64,000 nucleotides of DNA from an uncultured archaeon (lineage in GTDB: Archaea; Asgardarchaeota; Thorarchaeia; Thorarchaeales; Thorarchaeaceae). The number at the start of each line of letters is the position of its first letter. Position 1 is the first letter of the stretch. The stretch spans positions 32,001-96,000 of the forward strand of contig CAYYQL010000005.1 of the NCBI GenBank assembly GCA_964473825.1, written 5' to 3'. Made by a program: the position numbers and the translations under genes. Below are positions 47,930-58,391 of the stretch, one piece after another. A model generated the notes under the pieces. It was not told the origin of the DNA. It ran no database searches and saw only the letters and a list, made by a program, of their open reading frames with translations.

Positions 47930-49099
47930 CTACATGAATTCTTCTATGGCATTTACCATGTACTTGAGCTCTTCGTCCGTCAAGTCGGGATATACCGGAA
48001 GAGTTAGAACCTGGGATGAGAGTTCTTCAGTTACCGGCAGATCAACATCTGAATACCCTTGATTTCGGAATACGGAATAACTATGGACAGGATCGAAGTA
48101 GACCTTGTTGGAGATGCCTCTCTCTCGAAGGTACTCCATCAGTTCGTTCCGTTTCTGTTCTCCTTCCAGTATACGGAGGGTGTACATCTGATACACACAG
48201 AAGTAGTCATCATTGGGCGGGGTAAAGACCTCTATTCCTTCAATCCTGCCTAGATTTTGATTCAGGTATCTGGCATTCTCTCTCCGTTTCTGAATGTTTT
48301 CGTCCACTCTCTTCAGTTGAGACAGGCCTAGTGAAGCTAGGATGGTCGACATACGGAGGTTATGGCCGACTGATACGTAGTCCAGACCTATTGAGTGGGA
48401 GAAGTAGTCGCCAGACATTACACGTCCGTAGGACCGAAAGAGAGCCAGTTTCTCAACGAGGGCCTCATCATTAGTCACTACACATCCACCCTCGCTTGTG
48501 GTGAACACCTTGTTGTGGCAGAAGCTGAACATCCCCGACTCTCCGAGTGTTCCGACCTTTACGCCTTTGATCTCTGCACCGAAGGATTCAGCTGCATCTT
48601 CAATCAGAATCAAGTCACGTTCATCAGTGATCTCCTTCAGTTCGTTAATCCTGCATGGCATGCCACCATAATGGATTGGCATGACTGCCTTCGTCTTTCC
48701 AGTTATCTTTCTCTCGACCGCAGTAGGATCAAGCCCAAAGGAATCCTCTTCAATGTCAGCAAATATGGGTCTTGCTCCAACATAGAGGGGAGCATACGGG
48801 GTGGCAATGAAGGTGAATGAGGGGACGATAATCTCGTCACCAGGGCCAAAGCCATGTGCGTGCATGAGCGCCAATAGAGCGGAGCCCCCTGAGTTGAACA
48901 CCATACAGTGGCGAACACCAAGGTAGTCTGCAATTGCCTCCTCAAACTCCTCAATTTCAGCCCCCGTACACCAGTAAGCACCAGATCTGATGACCTCGGC
49001 CACTGCCTCAATATCTTTCTCGTCCCATTCTATTCTGAAGAGAGGTATCTCCATCGTATGTTCATCTTCCTTTCCTTTCAGATTCTGGTCATCTGGCAT
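47930..49099 (-). CDS. DegT/DnrJ/EryC1/StrS aminotransferase
   Basis: FNSGGSAL, PSFTF, PIHYGG, EDAAE, FSFCHNK, TSEGG. Confidence 0.92.
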   Translation of the reverse strand: MPDDQNLKGKEDEHTMEIPLFRIEWDEKDIEAVAEVIRSGAYWCTGAEIEEFEEAIADYLGVRHCMVFNSGGSALLALMHAHGFGPGDEIIVPSFTFIATPYAPLYVGARPIFADIEEDSFGLDPTAVERKITGKTKAVMPIHYGGMPCRINELKEITDERDLILIEDAAESFGAEIKGVKVGTLGESGMFSFCHNKVFTTSEGGCVVTNDEALVEKLALFRSYGRVMSGDYFSHSIGLDYVSVGHNLRMSTILASLGLSQLKRVDENIQKRRENARYLNQNLGRIEGIEVFTPPNDDYFCVYQMYTLRILEGEQKRNELMEYLRERGISNKVYFDPVHSYSVFRNQGYSDVDLPVTEELSSQVLTLPVYPDLTDEELKYMVNAIEEFM

Positions 49100-49101
49100 G
49101 A

Positions 49102-49500
49102 TTATTCAAGCTCTCTTTGAACTTTTGCTGGAACACCGTAGGCAAGCACGTTTGCAGGCAAGTCATCAGTCACGAAACTGAAGGCGCCCACGATTGTGTT
49201 ATCCCCAATTGTCACGCCAGGCATAATAACGCTGTGAGTACCTATTCTGACATCCTTGCCTATCACAATCATGCCCTCTCGGTTGTCAATGGTCGAATGG
49301 GAATAGATTGAACAATGAGAACCTATCTGTGTCCCGGTTCCAATCTTTACACCAAAGCGGGAATTGATGTATGTGAAAGCGCCAATGTCTGTGTTCTCAC
49401 CCAACTCAAGATTCTGGTGATGCTGACACATCCAGTTCCATTTTGTCATGTTTTGTTCGTCGAACTCAGGATACTGCCAATCTTCAAACTCTCGACCCAT
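49102..49500 (-). CDS. Short hexapeptide-repeat acyltransferase
   Basis: LbH repeats; IGSHCSIYS; IMPGVTIG; YGVPAK. Confidence 0.85.
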   Translation of the reverse strand: MGREFEDWQYPEFDEQNMTKWNWMCQHHQNLELGENTDIGAFTYINSRFGVKIGTGTQIGSHCSIYSHSTIDNREGMIVIGKDVRIGTHSVIMPGVTIGDNTIVGAFSFVTDDLPANVLAYGVPAKVQRELE

Positions 49501-49518
49501 TCTAACACCATCGCATCT

Positions 49519-50676
49519 CTAGTATGTTATTCTCTTCTGAAGGAGCTTCTTACTGAGTTTAATCTTGCTGAGCACATCAACAATTCTCTCGGCCGCCGTT
49601 CCATCTCCATATGGTAATTTGCGTTAGTCTACCAAGGAAGTCCTCATCTGTCAACGATTTCCTGATCCCCCTGACTATATCTTTCTTGTCATAGTCAACG
49701 TCGATTACGTTCGAGGCTCGCTCCTATCCTTCTGTCGAGTGCCGACGCAGACATAAGGAACTCCCAGCGAGGGAGCCTCTATGATTCCACTGCTTGAGTT
49801 ACCGACTAACGCAGAAGAATGGCTCATTAGCGAGATGTAGTCCAGGTGAGAGAGATTACAAAAGATGTGCACGCGTACATCGCTGTCAAAGGTTTCTATC
49901 ACATCCACTATCTTGGTTCCTCTAGGATAGTCATTTGGATAAATCACGACTATGTCCAGTCCTCTCTCACGACCTACTTCAAGACTCGACTCGAGGACAA
50001 GTGCAATCTGCTCTTCAGCATCTTGCCATTCAGTGGAAGTTGGATGGTAGACGAGAAGGAGATACGGTCTTCTCGGCAGGTCAAGTCTCTCGGAGAGCTC
50101 TTCACGAGGGCGAGGCTCAACCGAGAGAATTGTGTCGAGTGTCAATGAACCCACGTTGTGCGTCCTCCACTCCTCTTCTCCAATTCCAAGGACGCGCTCC
50201 TTGCTTTGCTGAGTCTGGACGATGTGAAGGTGTGATAACTTCGTGATCGCATGTCGGACAACGTGATCAAGGTCCCCAAAGCCCATCTCTCCTCCTGCGA
50301 CATGCGCAACTGGGATGTTCATTGCAGTAGATGCAATGGCTGCAGCAAAGGGTTCAAACCGGTCACCGAACACAACAACTATGTCGGGCTTGTCCCGCCT
50401 GAATACGTCTGCAAAGCCAATGACCCTCTGGCCTATCGAAACGGCCATATCATATTCACTCTGCATGGCCTTCAAACCCATATCAACGACAGCAACAATC
50501 TTGTAGCCATCCTGCTTAATCTCTTCGATAGAATTACCGTATTCCTTCAGAAGGTGCATACCTGTTGCATAGACCAGCAGTTCTAAATCTTCATGTGCCT
50601 TAATCGCACTCATAAGCGGACGAAGATAGCCGTATTCCGCTCTCGTCCCAGTTATTACTGCGATTCTCCGCTTCAT
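49519..50676 (-). pseudogene. neuC: Hydrolysing UDP-GlcNAc 2-epimerase (NeuC/LegG) with two frameshifts near the 3' end
   Basis: TGTRAEYG, TGMHL, GDRFE, GNSSSGIIEAP, GTRQ; continues in shifted frames as RASNVIDVDYD and PYGDGTAAERIV...QKRITY*. Confidence 0.88.
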
Positions 50677-50698
50677 ATAGCCTGCTCCTAATTCAATC

Positions 50699-51747
50699 TC
50701 ACTCGAACATTTCCCAAGTAAGCACGGTATCTTCTTCGAGGTCCACCAAAGTGGTCTTGCCAACTACCGAGTCCAATTCCTTTGGTGCAATACCACTGCC
50801 CGGTCGCTTTATGGAGACCATATCTCCGGAAATCGTCGCGCCTTTAGGTATCGACACAGCAGCTGCCAGACTCTTCCCAGCAATACGTTTCATTCTCTCT
50901 TCCTCGGCCGTAGGCTGTTTCACTCCATTACCCAGCGCTGCTTCGGTATTACGGATGACAGCCACCAGCTGAGCAAGCTCCTCCGGTTCTAATGATGCTT
51001 TGTGGACTGGCCCGGGCAGCTCGTTATCGAGTGTAAAATGCTTCTCTATCACGCTAGCGCCACAGCTGCAATCGAAGCAAGAAGGCCCATTGTGTGGTCG
51101 GAGAATCCTACCGGTAAGTCAAGAGCCTCATGCATGGTTCTCATTGCTCTCAGATTAAGGTCCTCAATATCTGCCGGGTAGCTCGTCACGCAATGTAACA
51201 ATATGATCTGATCATTTCCCTCTTTGCGTATCGCATTGACTGCATCCCGAACCTCCTGTAGATCTCCCATGCCCGTCGAAAGGATAATGGGCTTTCCGTA
51301 TCTGGCAACCATTCTCAAGAAAGGAATATTTGTGAGATCTCCTGAGCCTATCTTGTGGGCTGGAACCAGAGGGTTGAGGAACTCAGCCGCATCAGATGTG
51401 TGCGGTGTCGAAAGGAATAGGATACCATTCTTATGACAGTAGTTCTTCAGCTCAAGAAAGCAGCTGTAATCAAGCTCAAGACCTTCTACCATATCATACT
51501 GACTCTTCGGTCCCTTTCCCTGCCCCTTCTGATATTCCGCCATATCAGCCCCCTTCGTGACCAAGTCAGCAGCCTTGAAGGTCTGAAACTTCACCGCATC
51601 CACCCCAGCACCTGTTGCGACATCAACGAGCTGCTTGGCAAGTCCCAGGTCACCATTATGATTGACACCTGCCTCAGCAATGATAAGCCCTGGTTTCCCG
51701 TTTCCAACGGTCCTATCGCCTATCTCCAGCTTCAACATTTCGTCCAA
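50699..51747 (-). pseudogene. neuB: N-acetylneuraminate/legionaminate synthase (NeuB/LegI) split by a frameshift
   Basis: IAEAGVNHNG, VKFQ, KIGSG, LSTGM, LHC..YP, GFSDHT, then IEKHFTLD and the SAF domain KRPG in another frame. Confidence 0.92.
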
Positions 51748-51761
51748 ACACCCTATCCATT

Positions 51762-52310
51762 CTATTCGAATGCGAATCGACCCGTTTTCAACAGGAACTC
51801 AACGAAGGCGAAGTCTATCGCTCTATCGATGTCAACCGATGAAACCTCATCCATCACATAGACCCGCTCCGGGTCACAGTGCAGTCCAGTTGTCCTTAGC
51901 AAGTGGTCGCGGTCATAGACGTAGATTGATCCATTGATTTCATACACTTTTGGAGCAGCCTATCTGCTGAAGACTTCTGCATCCAGTCGCTCCGAGATAT
52001 GAGCATTGCCGTCCTGGTCAAGTTCAACCATATTGAATTAGGGGTTCTTCTTCGCTTCCGTGACACTGTAGAGAACTTGAGCGTCCTCCTCCATGAACTG
52101 AGCGAGAGCATTGTCTAAGTCCTTCGTTGTTCCTAGAGGGGATGTCGGACCCAAGTCAACAACTGCATCATATCTCTGTCCTTCCTCATTCTCGCAGAAC
52201 CTTATTGCGTGCTGAATCACTGGTATTTTTTTGGAGCGGCATCGGTGGCGAGAGCAGAAGGTCGCAAGAAGGGAACATCGGCCCCCGCTTGGGCTGCAAT
52301 CCGTGCTATT
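51762..52310 (-). pseudogene. neuA: CMP-nonulosonate synthetase (NeuA/LegF) remnant
   Basis: ADVPFLRPSALATD, PTSPL, NP*FNMVE (TAA), R*AAPKVYEINGSIY (TAG), SVDID; frameshift in an A7 run; 5' end deleted. Confidence 0.88.
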
Positions 52311-52879
52311 CCACCTTCACCCGTCGTCAAGACCTTGTTTCCACAGAAGTTAAAGACTGCAGCGTCCCCGAAACTACCGACTTTCTTCCCCCCAGTGATA
52401 CAGCCCAGAGATTCAGCTGCATCCTCAATCAGAGATAGATTCTCGTCTCTGGCGATTTCAGTTAGCTCTCGGATCTGGCAAGCCCCACCCCCGTAGTGAA
52501 TCGGGACTAGTGCCTTTGTCCGAGGAGTAATTCTTTCCATAACGTCATTAGGATCGAGGCTGTAGGTCCCATCTTCTATTTCAGCGAAGACCGGTTTAGC
52601 GCCCACATTGACAACCGAGTTGCAGGTCGCGATAAAAGTGAAGGACGGAACGATTACTTCATCGCCCGGAGATATCCCCAGCGCCTTGATAGCAGCAAAC
52701 AATCCCGAGGTACCAGAGTTGAAGGCAATTCCATAGTTGCGATTTGAATACTCGGAAACCTTTTTCTCGAAGTCCGGCACAGAGGGGCCTCCCGTCCAAA
52801 ACATTCCTCGGCGGATGACTCTACTCACGGCTTCTTCATCCCAGTACACTTTGTAAAGAGGGACCCGCCATTCACTCAA
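52311..52879 (-). pseudogene. 5' half of a DegT-family aminotransferase, fused to the neuA remnant
   Basis: FNSGTSGL, PIHYGG, EDAAE, FNFCGNK, TTGEGG, then an abrupt switch to NeuA sequence. Confidence 0.88.
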
Positions 52880-53050
52880 TCATCTGCACATCCTGCAGAC
52901 TGGAGTGTGAGATATCTTTATGAAACTTGTTTATGACTACTGATACGTCACATGGAAAAAGGGACAGAGAAGGGTAGCAGGGAGAAACCGTTTTTAGTCG
53001 AAGACTGGAGATTCGGACCAGCAAATACATATTGAAGCCCTTGAGATTCA

Positions 53051-54097
53051 ATGTACAGTATAGGAGACGCTACATCTTTGACATCAATAGATAAGAATGA
53101 TATCGTATCGGGCAAAACGAGCATACTAATCACTGGAGGGGCAGGATATATCGGATCCGTTCTGACTCGAATCTTGCTTGAAGAGGGACATCATGTGACT
53201 GTCTATGACAAGATGCTATTCGGTAATGATTCAGTGGAAATTCTAAAACATTTTTATCCGCATTCCTTTGAGTTGGTCAAAGAAGATATAAGAAATCAAA
53301 AGGCCATCGAAGAGAGCATGGAGGAAAAGGACGCGATCGTTCATCTGGCAGCAATTGTGGGCGACCCAGCTTGCTCTGTGAGAGTACAAGAGGCAGTGGA
53401 AACAAACTATGAAGCAACGAAGGCCGTTGCGAGTCAGGCGAATGAACTAGGCGTGCCACGACTGCTATTCGCATCAACATGCAGCGTCTACGGTGCAAGC
53501 GAAGATTGGCTTGATGAGGAAAGCGAAACGAATCCACTCTCGGTCTATGGCAGAACGAAAGTCAACGCAGAGCGTTTTCTCTTGGACAACCATATGAAAA
53601 ACACGGACTCGATTGTCTTGCGACTCGGTACGATTTTTGGCCTATCACCCAGAATGCGATTCGATCTCGTCGTCAATCATCTGGCGAGAAAAGCTGTCTT
53701 TGATGGCAAGATCAAGATATTTGGAGGCGGGCAATGGAGACCTTTCGTTCATGTAAGAGATGTCGCGCAAGTATTCTTTGAGCTACTTAGTAGACCCACT
53801 TGGAGCGATATTTCGGCTCAGGTATACAATGTCGGGTTTAATGAAAGCAATTACATGCTATCCGGCGTGGCTCGTAGCTTCCAGAAGGTATTTCCAGACC
53901 TAGAAGTTGCCTATGTGCCTGAAGCAGAGGACAAGAGGTCATATAGAGTCAGATTTGATAAGATTCATGATGCACTTGACATCGAAGGGCCGAAAAGCTT
54001 GGAAGAAGGTGTTGCCGAGATAAAGAATGCCTTCTTGAACTGCTGCATAGTGGACCCCACCATGCCTAAGTACTATAACTATAGGGCGTGGAGTTGA
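53051..54097 (+). CDS. NAD-dependent epimerase/dehydratase
   Basis: TGGAGYIG, HLAAIVGDPAC, ASTCSVYG, YGRTK, SPRMRFDL. Confidence 0.92.
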   Translation: MYSIGDATSLTSIDKNDIVSGKTSILITGGAGYIGSVLTRILLEEGHHVTVYDKMLFGNDSVEILKHFYPHSFELVKEDIRNQKAIEESMEEKDAIVHLAAIVGDPACSVRVQEAVETNYEATKAVASQANELGVPRLLFASTCSVYGASEDWLDEESETNPLSVYGRTKVNAERFLLDNHMKNTDSIVLRLGTIFGLSPRMRFDLVVNHLARKAVFDGKIKIFGGGQWRPFVHVRDVAQVFFELLSRPTWSDISAQVYNVGFNESNYMLSGVARSFQKVFPDLEVAYVPEAEDKRSYRVRFDKIHDALDIEGPKSLEEGVAEIKNAFLNCCIVDPTMPKYYNYRAWS

Positions 54098-54140
54098 TTA
54101 TACGAAGTTCCCAAATACAGAGTGTGGGTGTATTGGAACA

Positions 54141-54800
54141 ATGAAAGAGAAACGCATAGTGATTGTTGGAACAGGACGTTTCGGTGCAGAAACTCTGGAA
54201 CTGGCAAGACAGATTGCTCGATATCGGAAGAACATCAAGATTCTTGGATTCCTAGATGACTACACTGAATCCAGAATGGTTTCAGCCTATCCCGTTCTTG
54301 GTGGCGTAGATGAAGCAAAGGAGTTGAGTGACGAAGAAGATGATGTGAGAGCAGTAGTAGCTATTGGAAACACAAGAAGAAAAAAGGGGGTTGTTGAAAG
54401 ATATCAATCTGCAGGGCTTTCCTTCACGAACCTAATCCATCCCACTGCGATAATCCCCGAATCCGTAAGGATCGGAGAGGGGTGTATTGTCACTGCGGGA
54501 TGCATATTCACTGTGGACATCGAAATTGGAAACCACGTAATCTTAAACCTTGGAACAACTGTGGGGCACGATGCAAGAATAGGAAGCTACTGGACATTCA
54601 ATCCACAAGTTGCCATAAATGGAAAAGACAGAATCGGGGAAGGGGTCTATCTTGGAACAGGCGCCAAACTAATTCATGAAGTTTCTATAGGTGAATGGAG
54701 CCTAATAGGAGCAGGAGCTGTGGTCGTCAGTAATATCCCAAAAGGGGTTCTAGCGGTAGGTGTCCCTGCCAAGCCAATAAAGGAGAGGGCATATATCTAA
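54141..54800 (+). CDS. NeuD/PglD-family sugar acetyltransferase
   Basis: IVGTG, GFLDD, AIGN, NLIHPTA, VGHD, VGVPAK. Confidence 0.9.
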   Translation: MKEKRIVIVGTGRFGAETLELARQIARYRKNIKILGFLDDYTESRMVSAYPVLGGVDEAKELSDEEDDVRAVVAIGNTRRKKGVVERYQSAGLSFTNLIHPTAIIPESVRIGEGCIVTAGCIFTVDIEIGNHVILNLGTTVGHDARIGSYWTFNPQVAINGKDRIGEGVYLGTGAKLIHEVSIGEWSLIGAGAVVVSNIPKGVLAVGVPAKPIKERAYI

Positions 54801-55050
54801 CGATGCCAGTTGTACCAAAAATGCTCAATTGGACCCATGTGGATGACTACATCCGTTTGGTGGCGCACGAGGAGAATTGGGAGGGCAGAATGACTGAACG
54901 CTGAAAGGGCTGTGTTGTTAGTTTTAGGGAGAGGCCCTCTTGTATATTCGGTAGGATAATATAGATGAATAGAAGACACAATCATAGTGTATCTCACAAG
55001 ATAGATTGTAACCTGGCAACTAGCAGCGGAAATGGGAGGCTAATCATGAG

Positions 55051-56214
55051 ATGAGAGTGCTTCTAACAATGAATGCGGAGAGCTATTTCGCACCATTCTG
55101 GATTCGTGAATATCTTGACCACGGCGTTTCTGTAGATTTGGCTTCAACCTATTCATTGGAGAGAAATAAATGGATGAATCAGCAACATCTACAAGATGTG
55201 AATACAGACCTTACAGAGATTAATGCAAAGGTACCTCTCCTGAACTGGAAAAGACTTGATTATCTGCTGTTAGGTGCGAAATTGGTTACAAGAAGTAGGA
55301 GGGAGAACTACGATGCTTTACATGTTCATTCACTTGATATTCGAGGGGTTCTCGCCAATTTTTCATCATTCAAAAAGCTCATACTATCACCCTATGGTTC
55401 AGATGTTTTTCAAACGAATAAATGGAGAATAGCACCATTATTAGATAATGTTACTGTTTCGCTTATGAGAAGAATACTCAACAAAGCGAACCTGATTCTA
55501 CCCACATCAGACCATATGTCGGAAACACTCCAAAATGAGTATGGGGTGAATCCGTCAAGAATATATACCAAATCATGGGGGGTCAACATTCAAGAATGGA
55601 AAAGTGCAATCCCACCCCCGGATTTCATAGAGAACATAACACAAGGAATTGAGCCAGCAAGAGTGGTCTTTTTCTCATACCGGACGGCAAGAGAGCATTA
55701 TCGGCTACACTGGTTGCCCATGATTCACAAGGCTTTGGAATCGAGGGGCGTTAAATCTCATTTCATATATGTTCTACGAGGAGAAACATCAAGAGAGTAC
55801 CTCGACAGGTTGGTTTCAGAAATACGAGATTTCAGTTTAGATTGCCATTCAACGTTGATTTTCAATTCTATCCATCTAAATCAACTAAAAGGTTTGCTTG
55901 AATTATCAGATTACTTCTTCTCTATACCAACTTGGGATCAGCTATCTGCAACACTACTTGAGGGGATGTACTGTGGTTCTATTCCGATTGTGTCACCAAT
56001 GCCAGCATATGCTGAAGTGTTAGACAGAAGCCGTGCAGTGGTGGCGGACACTATCAAGGGCTTCATACAGGGAATAGGCACTGCTGTAAAACAGGGAATG
56101 CACAAGGACCGTCAGACAATTGCGTCGAACCGACTTGTAGTCCAAATAGACCATGACCGGGAGAAAAACATGAACATGATTATGGATAGAATAGTGGATA
56201 CAATTCGCAATTGA
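55051..56214 (+). CDS. GT4 (GT-B fold) glycosyltransferase
   Basis: LHVH, PYGSDV, WGV, SIPTWDQLSATLLEGMYCGSIPIVS. Confidence 0.75.
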   Translation: MRVLLTMNAESYFAPFWIREYLDHGVSVDLASTYSLERNKWMNQQHLQDVNTDLTEINAKVPLLNWKRLDYLLLGAKLVTRSRRENYDALHVHSLDIRGVLANFSSFKKLILSPYGSDVFQTNKWRIAPLLDNVTVSLMRRILNKANLILPTSDHMSETLQNEYGVNPSRIYTKSWGVNIQEWKSAIPPPDFIENITQGIEPARVVFFSYRTAREHYRLHWLPMIHKALESRGVKSHFIYVLRGETSREYLDRLVSEIRDFSLDCHSTLIFNSIHLNQLKGLLELSDYFFSIPTWDQLSATLLEGMYCGSIPIVSPMPAYAEVLDRSRAVVADTIKGFIQGIGTAVKQGMHKDRQTIASNRLVVQIDHDREKNMNMIMDRIVDTIRN

Positions 56215-56347
56215 TAGGCAGGCTGATTCTCACCGGTTCGAACCCGGAATGGAAGGGCACTCATTGACGTGGATTTGAATGGAGTGTTTCTAACTCAGAA
56301 TAGCTTAAGGAGAACAACTTCATTTTGTCGTTGCTAGTGGTGCATTG

Positions 56348-57214
56348 CTAGAGAGAAACACCTGTGCCGACAGCCAATCTGAATATAAGCCAGTCAGTGG
56401 AACAGCCGGGAGGACCAGCTCCCTTTCTGGGGATTCGATAGATATCAGATAATCTTGAAATCCAAGTATCTTGAGTTCCTACGCCAGACTTGAATCCTGC
56501 AAGCTTGACAATTGCAGCTTCTCTTGCGGTGAAGCGGCCGAGTGGATATGCAAAATGGTCTACAGGGAGCTCGAGTAGATCTTCTAACTCCTCTTTTGAG
56601 CCCTCAATCTCTGCCCTGCACGCTTCCAAGGGCAGCATAGTGAGATCGGAATGGTGTACAGAGTGGGCTCCGAGAGTCATCATTGAGCATTCTCCAACTT
56701 CCCTCAGCTGATCCAGAGTCATTCCGACACTGATTTCATATCCCATTCTCAATGCCTGTCTTCTATTCTCGGGAATAACAGACTGGCGGCTCCCGACAGG
56801 ATGTCTACCCCTCTTGTTACGAATAACTCGCAAATCGGTTTTTCGCGAATACCACATCTCAGCATCAACTAATGCTGAAGGAACATAGCATATTGCGGGT
56901 ATGCCCAACTCCCGGAGAATAGGATATGCATCATGATAGAATGAGCTTAAGCCATCGTCAAAGGTGATTGCAACACAGGGATGAGAGGGATATGAGCCAG
57001 TCCTGATAATGTCCACCACTTCTTCAATGGACAAGAAAGAGAAATTGTGAAACAAGAAGTCCATGTGCTTCCTGAAGCTTTCGCGCTGCACATCGTGATA
57101 CATCAGTACTACAACATGCGATTCACTGCATCTCAAGCGTCCCCCGAAGGCTGCCTTGAGAACTCCAGTGTGATTTGCCAAGCCAAGTATATGTTCAAAT
57201 GCGCGTCGCCACAT
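56348..57214 (-). CDS. Polysaccharide deacetylase (CE4)
   Basis: LMYH, ITFDDG, GAHSVHH, FAYPLG, YRIPR. Start estimated (track start is 57289). Confidence 0.88.
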   Translation of the reverse strand: MWRRAFEHILGLANHTGVLKAAFGGRLRCSESHVVVLMYHDVQRESFRKHMDFLFHNFSFLSIEEVVDIIRTGSYPSHPCVAITFDDGLSSFYHDAYPILRELGIPAICYVPSALVDAEMWYSRKTDLRVIRNKRGRHPVGSRQSVIPENRRQALRMGYEISVGMTLDQLREVGECSMMTLGAHSVHHSDLTMLPLEACRAEIEGSKEELEDLLELPVDHFAYPLGRFTAREAAIVKLAGFKSGVGTQDTWISRLSDIYRIPRKGAGPPGCSTDWLIFRLAVGTGVSL

Positions 57215-57318
57215 GGCCTCTGCATGTATGGATTCGCCTTTTATTTCCTGTTGAAAGCATAGAAAAACGGGCCAAGAGGAGGAAATCAAACACGCTAAAT
57301 AGGCAACTCGTGAGTATG

Positions 57319-58303
57319 GGCTCTGTACGAAAAGTCACCCTCCTGCACACTCCAAGAAGGTGAGTCGCTCTATATTATGAAGCACGACCTTGATTAATAA
57401 CTCGCGACGTTGTTCTCTGAATCCTCGTGACCTTAGACTCTCCGTGAACCTCACCTTCAGCATCCCGAACACAGTTTCGGCTAGACTCCTCTTTCCATAC
57501 TCATGAACCCGCTTCCACTCATCAGGGTCTGCTCGATAGGCACTGATCAACTCCCTGTATCCTCGATGGCCTCGGGATCGAGCTCGCAACCTCTTCTTCG
57601 GTTCAATGGAGGGGTATGCTCCAAGGTCATGGATGCACTGGACGTTCTGTAGTGAGATGTAGGCCCTGTCACCATAGACGGTCTCAAGTCTCCTGCAATC
57701 CACCCTTCTCACAAGTGAAACCAGACGTTTGGATCACCACCTGGTCGTGCACTTACTCTAGCTGCGGTGATTATCAGGGTGTCGGTGTCAACCGCGTTCT
57801 GGAGGGCATGGAACCGGCGTCTACGCGTCCTCTTGAACCGGAGGGTCATCCTCTCTCCACCAGAGGAGTGAGAGAACCCTGAATAGTCCACAGCAATCGT
57901 CTCTGGAGGAGAGCGCCTGCTGGCAAGGAGCTGGCACATCTGATGGAAACGCTGGGGGTCCAACCGCTTCACTGCCTTCTGGAGGAGAGAGAAGTGAAGG
58001 GCTCGCTCCAGTCCAAGTCGCTGAAGCAGGGCAGTGTTGAAGGTGAGAGTCGCAATAAAGTCACGATAGCCAAGACCGGTGTCAAACTTGAGTCCGAGGA
58101 GGACAAAGAGCATGGGAAGAGGGAACTCAACAGGACGTCCATGCCGGAATCTCGTATCGGGAACAGTATTGCAAAGGCTCATAAGCTCAGCAAGAAGAAA
58201 GTGATAGCGGCGAGCTTTGGCCGCGTTGTATGAGACATCGTAGCACATGAATCATGTGACGGGGTCAGTTCGCCTCTTAATTCGTGTATTATTCTACAGA
58301 GCC
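57319..58303 (-). mobile_element. IS5-family (IS903-group-like) insertion sequence, ~985 bp, frameshifted transposase (57335-58248)
   Basis: Terminal IRs GGCTCTGTAcgaa / GGCTCTGTAgaat; flanks GTGAGTATG / GTAAGTATG (9-bp TSD, 1 mismatch); DDE motifs IAVD.SG, YGDRAY, YGKRSLAETVF. Confidence 0.88.
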
Positions 58304-58391
58304 GTAAGTATGTGACGGTTCATATATCGCTGAAAGGACTTCTGACCTATCGACGCACTAGCTTCATAAGAAAATCTGGTTCCATATCATC

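Noticed and set aside
39495-52310. Genome-wide TAG recoding suggested by in-frame TAGs in tauE, cysQ and neuA
   Set aside because: cysQ and neuA also contain frameshifts or a TAA; the cysQ paralog has CAG at that site; many intact genes end at TAG at their expected C-termini.
47882-52995. 13-nt direct repeat AGAAACCGTTTTT flanking the neu cassette as possible att sites
   Set aside because: Short and low in complexity, with no recombinase nearby; may be promoter/terminator-like sequence or chance.
56215-56260. tRNA-like T-arm CCGGTTCGAACCCGG
   Set aside because: No acceptor stem, D-arm or anticodon arm can be folded around it.
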